DNA of 64,000 bases, from contig NW_008246080.1 of the NCBI RefSeq assembly GCF_000281045.1, positions 195,844 through 259,843 on the forward strand, written 5' to 3'. Shown piece by piece: positions 49,174-62,552 of the stretch. The stretch is from Saprolegnia diclina VS20. Taxonomy: Eukaryota. Each line of letters begins with the position of its first letter. The first letter of the stretch is position 1. A model generated the notes under the pieces. The model was not told where the DNA came from. It saw only the letters and a list, made by a program, of their open reading frames with translations, and did no database searches. A program made the position numbers and the translations under genes.

Positions 49174-50887
49174 ATGGGGCCGAAGAAGGGGAAGAAGGGG
49201 AAGGAGAAGAAGGGGAAGAAGGCCAAGGAAGGTGATGGGAAGGAGGCCGATGGGTCCAAGGAGAACGAGGCCGAGCGCCAAGCGCTCATCAAGGACGCCA
49301 AGCGGCTTGCGGAGAAGGCCAAGAAGGAGGAAGAAGCCTTCAATGAGTTCCAGCAGCAGCGCGAGAAGATCAACTACTTCTGGATCGTCGAGAAGAAGAA
49401 CCTCGAGGACAAGAAGGCCGAGCTCCGCAACAAGGAGCGGGAGCGCCAAGACCTCGAGGAGAAGCACCAAGTCGAGATCAAGGTCGCGCCTCCATGTCTC
49501 ATCCTAAACTCGTCCTCCTCCTCATCACCATGGCGACGTAGGTCTATAAGCAACGCGTCAAGCATCTCTTGTACGAGCACCAGAACGAGATCACGACGCT
49601 CAAGACAGGTACGGCTCCATGGCCCGACCTACGCCCATGTTCCAGTAGAGTCGGAGACGTCGCTCAAGCTCGGCCAAGACGACCATCGCACGACCGAGCG
49701 CGAGCTCAAGACCGACAAGCGGTCGCTCAAGCTCGACCTCAAGGAGATGGAACTGTCCCATGAAGACTACCTCAAGACGCTCAAGCAGGTAGCGTCACAT
49801 CCAATCTCTACCTGCATCGACAGCATGGACGTCGTAGGAACAAGACAAGCGCATTACGATCCTGCGCCAAGAGTTTGAACGCCATGCCAAGGAGCTGCAG
49901 CAAAAGTTTGAACGCAAGCGCAAGCTCTTCCGGGACGAGCTCGAGTCGACGCGGCGCGTCGAGACCGGTCGCATCGAGGAGCGCAAGAACAGCCACATTG
50001 CGCAGCTCATGACGTCCCACGAGAAGGCGTTTGGCGAGATCAAAAACTACTACAACGACATTACGCACAACAACCTCGACTTGATCAAGTCGCTCAAGGA
50101 AGAGGTCGCCGAGATGAAGAAGAAGGAAGCGACGGACGAGAAGCTCATGTTTGAGATCTCCCAAGAGAACAAACGCATGTCCGAGCCGCTCAAGAAGGCG
50201 CTCCTGGTCCGACGCCACTCTATATGTATGCAGAAAGCTCATTTCGTCCTATGCTAGGACGTCGAGCGACTACGGCAAAACATCAAGAGCTACGACAACG
50301 ACAAGATTGCGCTCAAGCAAGCCAAGGCCGAGCTCCTCGTGCTCGAGGACGACCTCGCGACCATCTCGTGGGAGCACGAAGTCCTCACGCAGCGGTACGC
50401 TCAAGTCAAGAAGGAGTACGATGCGCTCCACGCACAGTTTCAAGCGAGCATCTACGACGTGCAGCAAAAGAACGGCCTCAAGAACCTCCTATTGGAGAAG
50501 AAACTCGAGTCCATGGGCGACGTCCTCGAACAGAAGGACGCGCAGCTCAACGAGGTCCTCGCACATGCGCAGCTCGACCCGAGCGTCGCCGGCCAAGTCA
50601 AGCGTCGGCTCGAAGACATCATGGAGGCCAAGAACCAAGAGGTGCGCGACCTCGAGAAGGAGCTCGGCATTGTCTTGCGGCTGCTTCACGACTTCACACA
50701 AGCCGCGCGCGCCAAGCTCGCCGAGTACGGCACGCCCCTCGACGAGCTGGGGTTCGATCCGAACGACCACGCCGCGCTGGCCAAAGCCGCAACGGCGACG
50801 CGCTTACCGCCGATCGGCAGCGGCAAGCGCGAAAAGCCGAACAACGAGCGACCACGGATGCTGGCCCACGTCAACGTGGGCAAATGA
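49174..50887 (+). CDS. GAS8: Dynein regulatory complex subunit 4 (GAS8/trypanin)
   Basis: FQQQREKINYFW, HQVEIK|VYKQRVKHLLYEHQ, HEKAFGEIKNYYNDITHNNLDLIKSLKE, VQQKNGLKNLLLEKKL; 4 introns. Confidence 0.95.
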
Positions 50888-50972
50888 ACGGAGACAGAGA
50901 CATCGGACGAGAGTAGTTTAATGTATATATATACTGCGATAGAAGACTCTGACGCTAGGACATCGAGTGCGC

Positions 50973-52049
50973 TTAGACGACCTTGTACGCATTGCGGTTG
51001 GCGTCCTTCCCGAGCTTCAGCTTGGGGTGCACGACCATGTAAATATCGTCGATGCGCGCGTCGAGCTGCGCAATGCGCTCGCGGGTCATCTGTTCGAGGG
51101 CGTCCATGCGGCCGTTCAGCATGTGGATGGTCTCGAGGAGCATGCTTGGGTGGATCGGCATCGAGAGCTTGGCCACGCCGTCCTTGGCGGCGGCAGCCGC
51201 GGCCGCCTGGTTGTACGCGGCCGTCAAGTTGTCCGTCTCCATCGAGATCCCCATCTCGCCGAGCGTATGCAGGTTCGCGTGCACGTTGTTCATGAGGTTG
51301 AGGTTGAGTTCTTCGTTCGACTCGAGGGGCATGCCCATGTTGATCGCCCCTTCCTCGACGTCGTACGTGGGCATCGGGCCGCCCAGCTCCTTGATGCCGT
51401 ACCGCTTCTTGAAGCTCTTCATCCATGCCGGCGAGACGCCGGGCCAGCCACCTTGGTCGTCCGTCTTCATGAGGTTGCCCGTCACTTGCGCGAGGAGTTC
51501 GGCCGCCTTTTGGTGCAGCGCCTCGTGAGTCACGGGCTTGGCGTGGCACTTCTCCGTGATCATCCATCGGTACAGCTCGCGCTCGACGGCCGGGAAGGCT
51601 TCGTCGTCCGAGACCTTGAGCGTCTTTCGGCGCAGCGACGCAAGGTGCTTGGCGTCGCCGCAGAAGCGCATGATGCGCTCCTTGTTCTTCTTGATGTCCG
51701 AGATCTGCTGGCGAGAGATGCCAAGCAGCGCGGCAATGTCGACGGGCTTTTCGCCATTCTCAAGGCGATGCAGCACTTGCTGCTTCTGGTACAGCGACAC
51801 GACGACGCGCTTGCGCTTCTGGGTCGGCGGAGGTGGCATGTTGGCGACCGCGGACCCAGCCGTCATGGGCAGGCCCTTGCCCTTGGCCTGCTTGCCGCGG
51901 GCGGCCTTGAGCGACGCCTCGTGGGCGCTCTCATGGTGGTCGTCCTGGTCGTCCTCCTTGAAGCCGCCGTCGAGGCCGTTGAGCGTGTCCGGATAGCCCA
52001 CATCATCATCCGGTGCCAGGCCGACAACCCCGTCGTTCAAGTCGTTCAT
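50973..52049 (-). CDS. CENP-B/Tigger-type double HTH protein lacking a DDE domain
   Basis: KRKRVVVSLYQKQQVLHRLENGEKPVDIAALLGISRQQISDIKKNK (CENP-B N-like) and VERELYRWM..PVTHEALHQKA..SPAWMKSFKKRYGIK (Tc5-type HTH); short coiled-coil tail. Confidence 0.85.
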   Translation of the reverse strand: MNDLNDGVVGLAPDDDVGYPDTLNGLDGGFKEDDQDDHHESAHEASLKAARGKQAKGKGLPMTAGSAVANMPPPPTQKRKRVVVSLYQKQQVLHRLENGEKPVDIAALLGISRQQISDIKKNKERIMRFCGDAKHLASLRRKTLKVSDDEAFPAVERELYRWMITEKCHAKPVTHEALHQKAAELLAQVTGNLMKTDDQGGWPGVSPAWMKSFKKRYGIKELGGPMPTYDVEEGAINMGMPLESNEELNLNLMNNVHANLHTLGEMGISMETDNLTAAYNQAAAAAAAKDGVAKLSMPIHPSMLLETIHMLNGRMDALEQMTRERIAQLDARIDDIYMVVHPKLKLGKDANRNAYKVV

Positions 52050-53048
52050 CTGCCGCCGCCGCTTATTATCCGAAAATGAACTCTCCGGAAACCAGTCATT
52101 GGAAATTCGAAAATCGCTCCCCTTTGAATTCAGCCAATCCGAGACAAGAATGCGTTTTATTGGTGGAATCGACGCGAAAAACAGCCTTTTTGACCAATCC
52201 ACGCGCGAAAGAACACGCCACGCGCTGGGGCGGCGAGAAAAGCTTCGTCGGGAATTAGTGTAGGTCGGCCGCCTTGTCGATATCGCACGCCGTTCGAGGA
52301 CACGTGTCCAGAGACTTGCGCTTCAGGACGCTCCGAATAGAGCTATTGATGGCGCCCCTACGGAAAAACACTTTAAAAATCGAGCCAAATGCGTTGCTTA
52401 GCGCCATTTGAATCCCTCACAGTCCATCCGGATATCGAAGCGCGTTGCATTCAATGACAAGTTGTACGCTCGCGAGGGCATTCACAACACTCTGACAACA
52501 TGACATATGCGATAGGCCATGATTCTGAATGGCAACCTTGAAGTCAAAAGTGCGTCCACCGTCGACACCAGTCTTGTGCCACGGATGCAAGCGACACTAC
52601 ACTGTAGTAGCATTTTTAGCATCTAATCAAGTTATTCATATGCGAGCAAATGCCGTGGGAAGCTCGACGAATCGATGTCCAGCCCGAGGTTCATTCCATA
52701 AACAACTCTGGGCGAGCTAATCTGCAAGCTTGAGGCAAGGCGACGACTGATAAAGTTTTTCGGGGGCGTGGTTGCTGCCCTGTAGTCTCGTCGACAACAA
52801 AATTATTCTTTGTCGAATGAATCACGCTCTTACGTTGGCGCGCGTTCGTTGGTGGACTTTTGCGCAGGAACGAATCCAGTGTTTCAAAATCCAGTTTCAA
52901 ATGCGCACGTCACCGCCTTTCTCAATGCAGTCGTTCGATTGGCCATAATGCTTTTGAACGCACCAATCCAAGCAAGCTCTGCGAGTTGATTTTTAGCCAA
53001 TCCAGCCCGAGTTGCGCCGAACGCGGCCACTTGGAATCGAACGGGCCG

Positions 53049-54118
53049 ATGGACGCCGACTTGCGCCAGAAGTTTGAGTTCCTCTGCCAGATCAATGAGC
53101 TCGAGGCCGCCATGGGTACATGCTCGCAGGTTGACGCTCTATATGTATGCTTCGACTAGCGCTCCTCCATACGCTCAATGCCCTTGGCATCGAGCTCCAG
53201 CCCACCGACCGCGAGCACCTTCGGTTCGTCTTCGCCGTGCTCCGCGACAAGGTCCGCAAGATCTCGGACCGCATCGACGATCTACAGAGCCAGTATGACG
53301 AGACGCTCGAGATGTACGACCGCGTGGTACGCCGGCTACATGCGATCGCCATGGCCTTACCTCGCGCCGATGTAGATGGAGGATGTTACGCCCTTTGGCT
53401 CGCTCAAGCACGAGCACCGCCTTCACATTACGATCCAGGTGCGTCCCCATGCACAGATACTTGACGTGATCATCCGCCTAGTACATCGTCGCGCCCATGC
53501 ACTGGCATCTCGCGGCCGAGTCGACGGACCGCTTTGTCATGCCCCTTGACTACCGAACGCTCCTCGCGCCTTACATGGAGCCCACAGTGTACATGCTGCG
53601 CACCCATCCAGTCGCAAGGCGTTGACGCGCGCTCATGTCGTAGGACGGACTCTGTGCGCCAGCACGCGACCTGCTTTCGCAAGGCGGTGGGGCGTGCCCA
53701 GAAGGAGACAGGGCAGGCGCTCCTCGAGGTAAAGACGCTGCCATACGCCAGCTAACCGACGTGGCCCGCTCGTAGCTCAAAGACCTCTGCAACGATTACC
53801 CGGTCCTGGCGTTTCAGCGCAATACGATCCGGTTTTTGAATCGCTGCGAGGACCACTTGCTCGGCGGCGACGCGATCGACGATTTGCTCAACGACACCAA
53901 TGGCCGGTACGGCAAAGAGTCTCGGGCTCGTTCCTGATGCCTATGTTAGCACATGCTTGGCACCTGTCGAGCTCTTTATGACGCCCGAGACGCGCTCCTC
54001 CAACAACTGGATGGCGCTTGACGAGAGCATGGTCAACCTTCCCGGCGCGACGCTCTACGACGTCCCTGCGTCCGTGGTTGTGGCACCGCCCGTCAAGCCA
54101 GAGCCCGTGGATATCTAG
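53049..54118 (+). CDS. Hypothetical protein (about 7 exons)
   Basis: MDADLRQKFEFLCQINELEAAM...; successive GT-AG introns give one frame ending VKPEPVDI*. No family recognised. Confidence 0.65.
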
Positions 54119-54494
54119 TGCTCGAGAATACAAACATGCTTGCCTCCTCTCGCACCTGCACGCTGGCTATTTGGACAGCATCCCATGATGGTCTTCGCCT
54201 TGGGCGCCGTAATACTGTATGTGGCAAATTCGTAGTTGAGCCGACAACGACGTCCGGTCACGACGCATCTTAGGGTCTCACCTCGCGCCCTGGGGCCCAG
54301 GTACTTGGGCGAAGCCTGCGGCGTCTTCGGGTGTGCATAAGGTTATGGGCTAGTATGGATACGATGGCAGCAGACACAGACAGGGGACCAATCACCTTGT
54401 TGGATGGACCAACAAAACTGGGATCGATAGAGCCGCTAACCCAGTCCTCAAAGTATAGTATAATCGATTATACAGCGCATCATACCGTCTGGGA

Positions 54495-55570
54495 CTAGAG
54501 AAGAAAGGCGCCGGTCGTGTTGCGCATGCGCTTGCGCGCGATAAAGACATTCATGGGACGGCCGTGGTCCGAATCGAGCACGACCTTGTCGACGAGGATC
54601 TCAAAGCAGTCGTCAAAGTGGCTGCGTAGTTCGCCGAGCTTGAGAATGTCCGATATCTTGCTCGGGGTCGTCCAGCGCCACGGACTCCCATCGGGCGGCG
54701 CGCAAAACTGCATCCAGCCAACGACACCGCCAACCGGTAACAAGGCGCGGATGACCGCAAAGAGCCGCCGGTTCAAGAAGCGGCAGCCATAGATACACTG
54801 AAGTGGACCCCACGCGTACTGCGAGATGGGCCCGACGCTGCGGAGGTCCATCTTGATAAAGTCCACGGCCTTGGCGACGCCACGACAGGCGGCGAGCGCA
54901 AGGCCCTTCTTGCGGCCCATGCGGTTGTCGTTGACACCGACGAACCGGTGTGGAAGGTCCGGTGTGTCTGTCGCGAGCACTTCTTCAGCAAAGTACACCA
55001 CGTCGCGACCCGAGCCACAAGCGAGGTCCAGCACAGCGGCGTTCGACGGCGCCTTGGCACCAGCGACGACCGGCACCAGTTCGAAGAGGAGCGCGTTGGG
55101 CGACCATAGGCGCGGTTGCGGGAAGAGTGGCGTCTGCGCACCGGTGAGGTCCAGGGCGTGGGCTTCGGCTGCGATGTCGGTCGCATCGACAATGAAAAAC
55201 GCAAGATGGCGCCACGGCAACTGCTGGGGTCGAATCGTCTCGGAGAGGAACCAGTCGACTTGGGCGTGCGCCTTTGTCCTGTCGCGTGGGCAGAGGAGGC
55301 CAAAGGCGACCTGTCGCGCCGGGTATTCTACGCCGTGAAGCCGTGAGCCTCCTACAAAGTTCGAGAAGGTACAGACCGTGGCAGCGCGCCTTTTGCGCCG
55401 ACCATGGAATGTGCACCTAAGTGCAAATTGAGCTGCAATTGAGATGCAAAGCAGGAACTTACTACGCGATCGCACGTCAGCACGTAGACCTGCTCGTTGT
55501 CCTCACGCAGGTCCAGTAGAGAGAGCCCGGACGTGCGCCAGTGAGCGAGCGATGGGGCCTCCACGACCAT
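54495..55570 (-). CDS. Class I SAM-dependent methyltransferase with degenerate rhodanese-like N-terminus
   Basis: Motif I VLDLACGSGRD and GCRFLNRRLF. Spliced N-terminus LSLLDLRED..VHIPW..HEYP. Confidence 0.75.
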
Positions 55571-55942
55571 CGCCGAAGTCGCGTTTCGAATATGGCGGGA
55601 GCGGATCACCCCATTTTGGAATTTCATGTAGTATATAGTGTATGCCTTTGGCACAACGTCGGTAGCGTCGTCGAATAAGCTCACTGAGCAAACGTGTTTG
55701 TTGAGGGGCTGCTTGTGGTATACCGTGTATCTGTCGGCTATGCATTGTGTTTACCTGCTTGGCTCGTCGGTCATCGTAAGGCGGCACGTCCATCACGTAT
55801 TGATTGAAATAGTGATACCTAGTACGGCCTTAAATAGAGTGAGTGCGAATAGTGTGAGTGCAACAGATTCGCGATCTCCGGATATTCGATTCGAACAACC
55901 GGATGATCTTGCGCATTCGCAATCTTGCGCTCGTGTGTCACG

Positions 55943-57163
55943 ATGGCCCGCTGCAAGGTACGCTCGCCGCCGACGTCGATGCGTGCATGGCAGCCGATGC
56001 AAGTAGACGCGTCCTGCAAGCAAGAGCTTGGACGAGCTGATGGAGCCGCTCCACCTCGCCCAATGCACCAAGTGCCACCGCCCGATCTACGTACGTCCAT
56101 CGTCGTCCTCGACATCACCACGCCTCGAGCCTGGTTGTAGAAGGCCCACATCGAGCAGCACATGCGGCAATGCGGCTTGCGCCACCATGCGCCACCATGC
56201 GCGAGCGACGTCCAAAGTGCTACAACGCAGGTCGGCTTGCGAGGCGCAAGCCAAGCCGCCAACGCCACCCTCTCGGTTGCGCGAGAACAAGAAGCGAGCC
56301 CATCGCGGGCGTCCAACAGCGGTAGGTTGGCGACATGCTGGCGTATATGCATGCTCATGTGGATGCTAGACGGGCCCGCCTTCCCCGCGCTCTTGCCCAT
56401 GCACGAGTTGAAGGCGCTGGCCTTTACGCCCAAGTCGCGGCCCCACGTGCATACGACGGTGCAATTCGAGGCGACGCGGCAGATCCTCTTTGGACAGAGC
56501 ACAGTCGCCAAGCGTGCGCTGCCGCAGAGCAAGAAACCACCGACACCAAAGCGCCAACGCGTGGCAACACCCACCACCAAGTCGCCCAAGCCCACCATTC
56601 CTACCGTCCAGCCGGTGCCTTCAACGTCTCGAGCCACGAGCAGTGCGTCTGCCCAGCCAGCTACCAAAACCACTGCAAAATGTGGCAAGAAGCCGTCGCC
56701 GCGACCACAGAAGCCACCGGCGACAATCGCACCAGCCAGTGCGAGAGTGCCCAAGAAGGCACGGACCGTGTCGCCCAAGGTCATCCGCGTACCGCCGAGT
56801 GCGCCCCTCAAGGCGGTGCCGCCGTCCAAGGCCGCTTTGCCGCGCTCGGTCGGGCGGATCGTACCGCCGCCGCTGCTGGCCTTTCCCAAGCACCTGTCCT
56901 TCCTGCCACCACCGCCCGTCGTGGGCATACTGCCCCGGTTGCCATCCCCGACGCTGCCCCACAAGAAGACGATTCCGCGCACAACGTTTAGCCCCGAGCT
57001 CCACCGCGCGTACACGGCGCTCCCGAGCCTCTTGGCGTGGGGCCAGGACGACCCGGCCATGATCCAGATGCCACCGTCGCTCGCCGCGTCCTCGCCAGTT
57101 TCGACGCCGTCGTCGCGGTCGTCGGACCTTCTTCTCCAAGCACTCTTGTTGCAGGATACGTAG
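55943..57163 (+). CDS. Pro/Lys-rich protein with N-terminal C2HC zinc finger
   Basis: Spliced MARCK|TRP..LAQCTKCHRPIY|KAHIEQHMRQC, followed by ORF 56162..57163. Confidence 0.65.
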
Positions 57164-57176
57164 TGGATTTTGCATC

Positions 57177-60081
57177 TCAAAGCTCTTCCTCGGTGATCTC
57201 GACCCGCGTTTTCTTCTTGAGCTTCTTCTTGAGCTTCTTGGGCTTTGGCGACGCCTCGGGCGGCGACTCGATCGACTCGACGTACGTCTGGAAGGTCTCA
57301 ATGTCCTTGTCCGTGGGGTTGATCTCGATAAATTCTTTGCTCATGCGCAGGGCTTCGTCTTGGATGTCGGCGAGGAGCCTACTCGAGATGGTGTCCAGGG
57401 CTGTACAGGTGTAGCCTACTGCTTGGAGATGGGCAAATCACGGTCGGGCTGGCGGTCCGCAATCGCGAGCGCGCCGTGGTAGCGCATGTAGCTCAGCGCA
57501 AGGTTCTTGACAATGTCTTTTTTCGGGTACGAAATGCAGTAAATCTACAAAATATACCAAAATTCAGCACGAGAGGGATCGAAGCGGCGGCTACCGGCAT
57601 AGCAATGTGGTAGATCCCGTCGAGCGCGTGCACAATGTCGCGCATGCCAAAGAGGTAGTCGTCGATCTCGTCGAACGTCGTGTCCTTCCCGAGCTTGGCG
57701 GACGTCTCGACCCAGTGCTGCAGGTAATGGAGCGCGCGCTGGTAGAGCCCGTCGTAGTAGATTTTGCGCGCGACAAACTCCCACGAGCCGGACGGGTACT
57801 GCGCCGCGTTGGCCAACGGGAACGTCGTGTTGTACATCTTCCACACGTGCTTGACGTCCTTGTTCCACTTGGCGATCGACGGCATCCTACCCATGCGATA
57901 GTTCAATAATGTCGATGTAATATAGTCTACTTTTTCTGCTCGTGGATCTTCCAGAGCATGCCGTGCGGCGTGATGTAAAACCCGTTGTAGTAGCCGTCTT
58001 TGCCGAGCGCCGATTCGTTCTAGTATCAATGTATCAAGTGACAAACCTTGGGCCATAACCAGACGGACCACAGCGTGAAGGTCCAAGTACATGGAGGTCG
58101 GGAACGTGTACATGTTTTGCATCACAAAGCGTCGCATGAGCTGCTCAAAGCCCTTGCTGCCGCGCTCGGTCGAGACCCCTTGCAGCAGCTGCGGGAACGT
58201 TACCCCCGGGTACAGCGCATGCTACCAAATACAGCTCTCCACACGAACGACGACGATCGATTCGTACCTGACGCTGGTACCAGTGGTACGGCATGAGCTG
58301 GAAGTTGAGGTGCATCACGTCCGGTCGTTTCTGCTCGCACTCCTACCGCCATGGCTCATCGCTTGACGTCAAGCGCTCGCACGTACTTGCAGGTACCGGA
58401 CGCTGTTCCAGTTGATGTCCGTGTACGAAAGTAGGATCGCATCGGGCGGAAGCGTGTCCAGGAGAGCGTTGCCGTAGGCTGCAATGACATTTCCTTTCTA
58501 TAAAAGCACAGCCGTCGTCCCTCGTTCATTGGGATAGCGAGCATCGCACCTTGGCGTGGTTGGCCATCGGGTACTGGGCACTGAGCTGCATGTAGACAAG
58601 CCCGACGGCCGAGAGCACCGCGCCCGCCTTGGCGACAAAGGTGAACGCTTTGGCGTTGAGACTGGCGTGCATGCGGGCGAGGCCGAGCCCGAGGAAGATC
58701 GCAATCACCAAGTTTGGCTGCATCCAGAACCGGCTGTGGATCGCTCGCGGCAGGGGCTAGGGTAATGCGTCAACACTGACATGTTGCCCACTGTGGACGA
58801 CGTACGAGGTACAGCGGCAGGTTCGAGAGCGTGTGGAAGCACACCACGTAGTGCAAGAGGCACAGCAAGAGCAAGTCGTCGAGCGCCTTTTGCTCCGGCG
58901 CGCTCCCGAGCGCCGCTTCGATCGGCGCGGCGTCACTCTGGCGGCGCTCCATGTCGGCCGGATCACTAGGGCTGTGTTACATAGATAGATTGTCAGTGGA
59001 GCGTACAAGCGCCAGAGGCCATAGAGTGCGAGGATAAAGCCAATGCCGATGAACTGCTCGCGGGCGTCTTGGAGGTACACGAGCATGCGCTCGATCGGAG
59101 TCTACCACCATCGTTGCGCCATGCTGCTGCGAGAGACGGGCGTACCTCGGTGAGATTCGTCTTGACGGGCGAGAGCTTGAACGTGCCATACTCTTCGCGC
59201 ACGAGGTGGCGGAGGAGGCCCATCCAGGACGACGCATTGCCCCACGAGCCTTTCCGGGCCGTCGTCGACACCTCCATCATGTGCAAGTACGGCGTCAAGC
59301 CCACAAAGAACCTAGTACGATCGGCATTAGCAGCGGCCAAGAAGACGCAGAACGCACAAGGCCGCAAAGAGGACAATGTGGTAGAAGCGGAAGACCGACC
59401 GACCGTGCCAGAGCACCCAGAGCACCATCGGGATCTCAAACAAAACTAGAAAATTGCGAGTCCGATCCGACTTTCGATGGGACGTGGAACGTACTCGCCG
59501 TGTGCTGGTTGGACATGGCGAGGCCGCATGTGAGCGCACCGAGCGCGGCCACATATGGACTCTGCGTCCGGCGAAAGATGGCGCAGAGCACAAAGAGCAA
59601 GCCGCAGAGGAGGTTGTTGAGGGCAAAGACCTAGACGCGGATGCACAAATGACGCACTATGTGGACAAAGTACCTCGGCACCGACGGCGTACTCCCACGT
59701 CAACGGTGCGAATGCGTACATGAGCCCGGCGGCGATGGCCGCGAGTCCGTGCGTCTTGTTGCTGTAAAGGTAGACAAAGTGCGCAATGCAGCCGGCGGCC
59801 AGCGCTGCGTACGTCGCGTTCAGGACGTTGGCAATGTACGCGGGCGGGAGCGCCGACCATTTCTGGTCGAGAACTGCGCGCAAAAGGAGCAGGTACAGCG
59901 GGTATCCTGGCGGGTGCGCGACGCCGCCGCCGGCGATGCAGGCTTCGGCCACGAGCTCGCCGCTGTCACCGCCCGCGACGCTGGGAAAGGCCGTCGCGAC
60001 GTAGGTGGGGAGCGCGACAGCAACCGTTGCCGCGGCGGGCCACAGATCCCGAAGACCGACGTTCGAGCCGAGCTTGGCCAT
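57177..60081 (-). CDS. TMEM260: TMEM260/DUF2723 family GT-C membrane glycosyltransferase (many exons)
   Basis: PSVAGGDSGELVAEAC..GVAHPPGYPLY, AEVFALNN, LAMSNQHT, SWGN..LREEYGTF-like HLVREEYGTFKL, RFWMQP, NSVRYLQ; last exon ends KKKTRVEITEEEL*. Confidence 0.88.
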
Positions 60082-60140
60082 TTTGCAACTGAGGATCTCG
60101 CAAAGTGCAATCCAAGCGGTTCAACCGTCGAAAAATGCCA

Positions 60141-60172
60141 AAATATCGAAGCCAGCGCAACCTTCGATATTT
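60141..60172. repeat. Perfect 11-bp inverted repeat with 10-nt spacer upstream of the TMEM260-like gene
   Basis: AAATATCGAAG ccagcgcaac CTTCGATATTT. Confidence 0.7.
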
Positions 60173-60700
60173 CGAAAGCGACCGACCGACAAGGACCGTC
60201 TGCCGGCTGAGCACCTCGTCGAGACTGCGTTGCCGGCCTTCTATAGTACAGCTCCACTGCACGCCGGCTACACCATGCGGGTCCGCTGCGAGCTGGGCCG
60301 ATGCGATCAAGGACGCATTTCCCTGGTCTCAATACGACAACAACACAAAGGTATGGTTAAGAGCTTAGTGGTATCGGCCGTGAGCTGAGCAGTAGAGGCC
60401 ACGCGCTCCAAAGGTCGCGCGACCTCGTTGAAGAATGGTTGGCGGTTGCGTGGGCGACCCGGAGGTAGGACGAGCGGATACGCGTACGGCGCCCTGGCAT
60501 GCGGCGGCGCTGTCGACGCGGCTGGGCTAGGATGATGCACCTCGATGCTGCCAAGGCGTGGCGCTCAAGCAGCTCGGGGCAGGACGATGCGTTGGTGGAC
60601 GCCTAAGATACGCATCCGGATACTGCTTGTGGAATTTCGGACATTTTGATTGGAACTGCATTCGATAAAAATCCAACCACAGAAATCCGACAAAAAGCTC

Positions 60701-62192
<1,492 letters not shown>

Positions 62193-62552
62193 GAAGCAAC
62201 CACCCATTCTGTAGTCTTGTCTTCTCTGGTTGCAGTTCAACGACAGCACTGTCCTCCTGATCGACGACATTCGAAGTAGAGTCGAGTAGCTTCTAGTCGA
62301 GTAGGTTCGCATCGTCTTGTGGGCGACAGCCTTGTCGGCGTGACGAGGCGCGCGTTGGGAGGTCGGGTAACCCTACCCCCAATCAGATCTGATGTTCGTT
62401 TTGAAATTGCATAAAAACGGTCGAAAGGGTTTTAGTACGTAAAAAGCGGTTTAACGCGTTTGAAGTGGATTAAACGTGTTTATGGAGACGTTTTTCGCAC
62501 GTCAAAGAAGCGACTGACGTGGCGTGGGCGAGTTTTGAAAATCTTGCCGACG

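Noticed and set aside
50973..52202. Active Tc1/pogo transposon
   Set aside because: No DDE domain, TIRs or target-site duplication seen; treated as a host gene.
60200..60600. Possible small spliced gene between the TMEM260-like and RUVBL2 genes
   Set aside because: Splice-like sites are present, but there is no convincing start, frame or homology.
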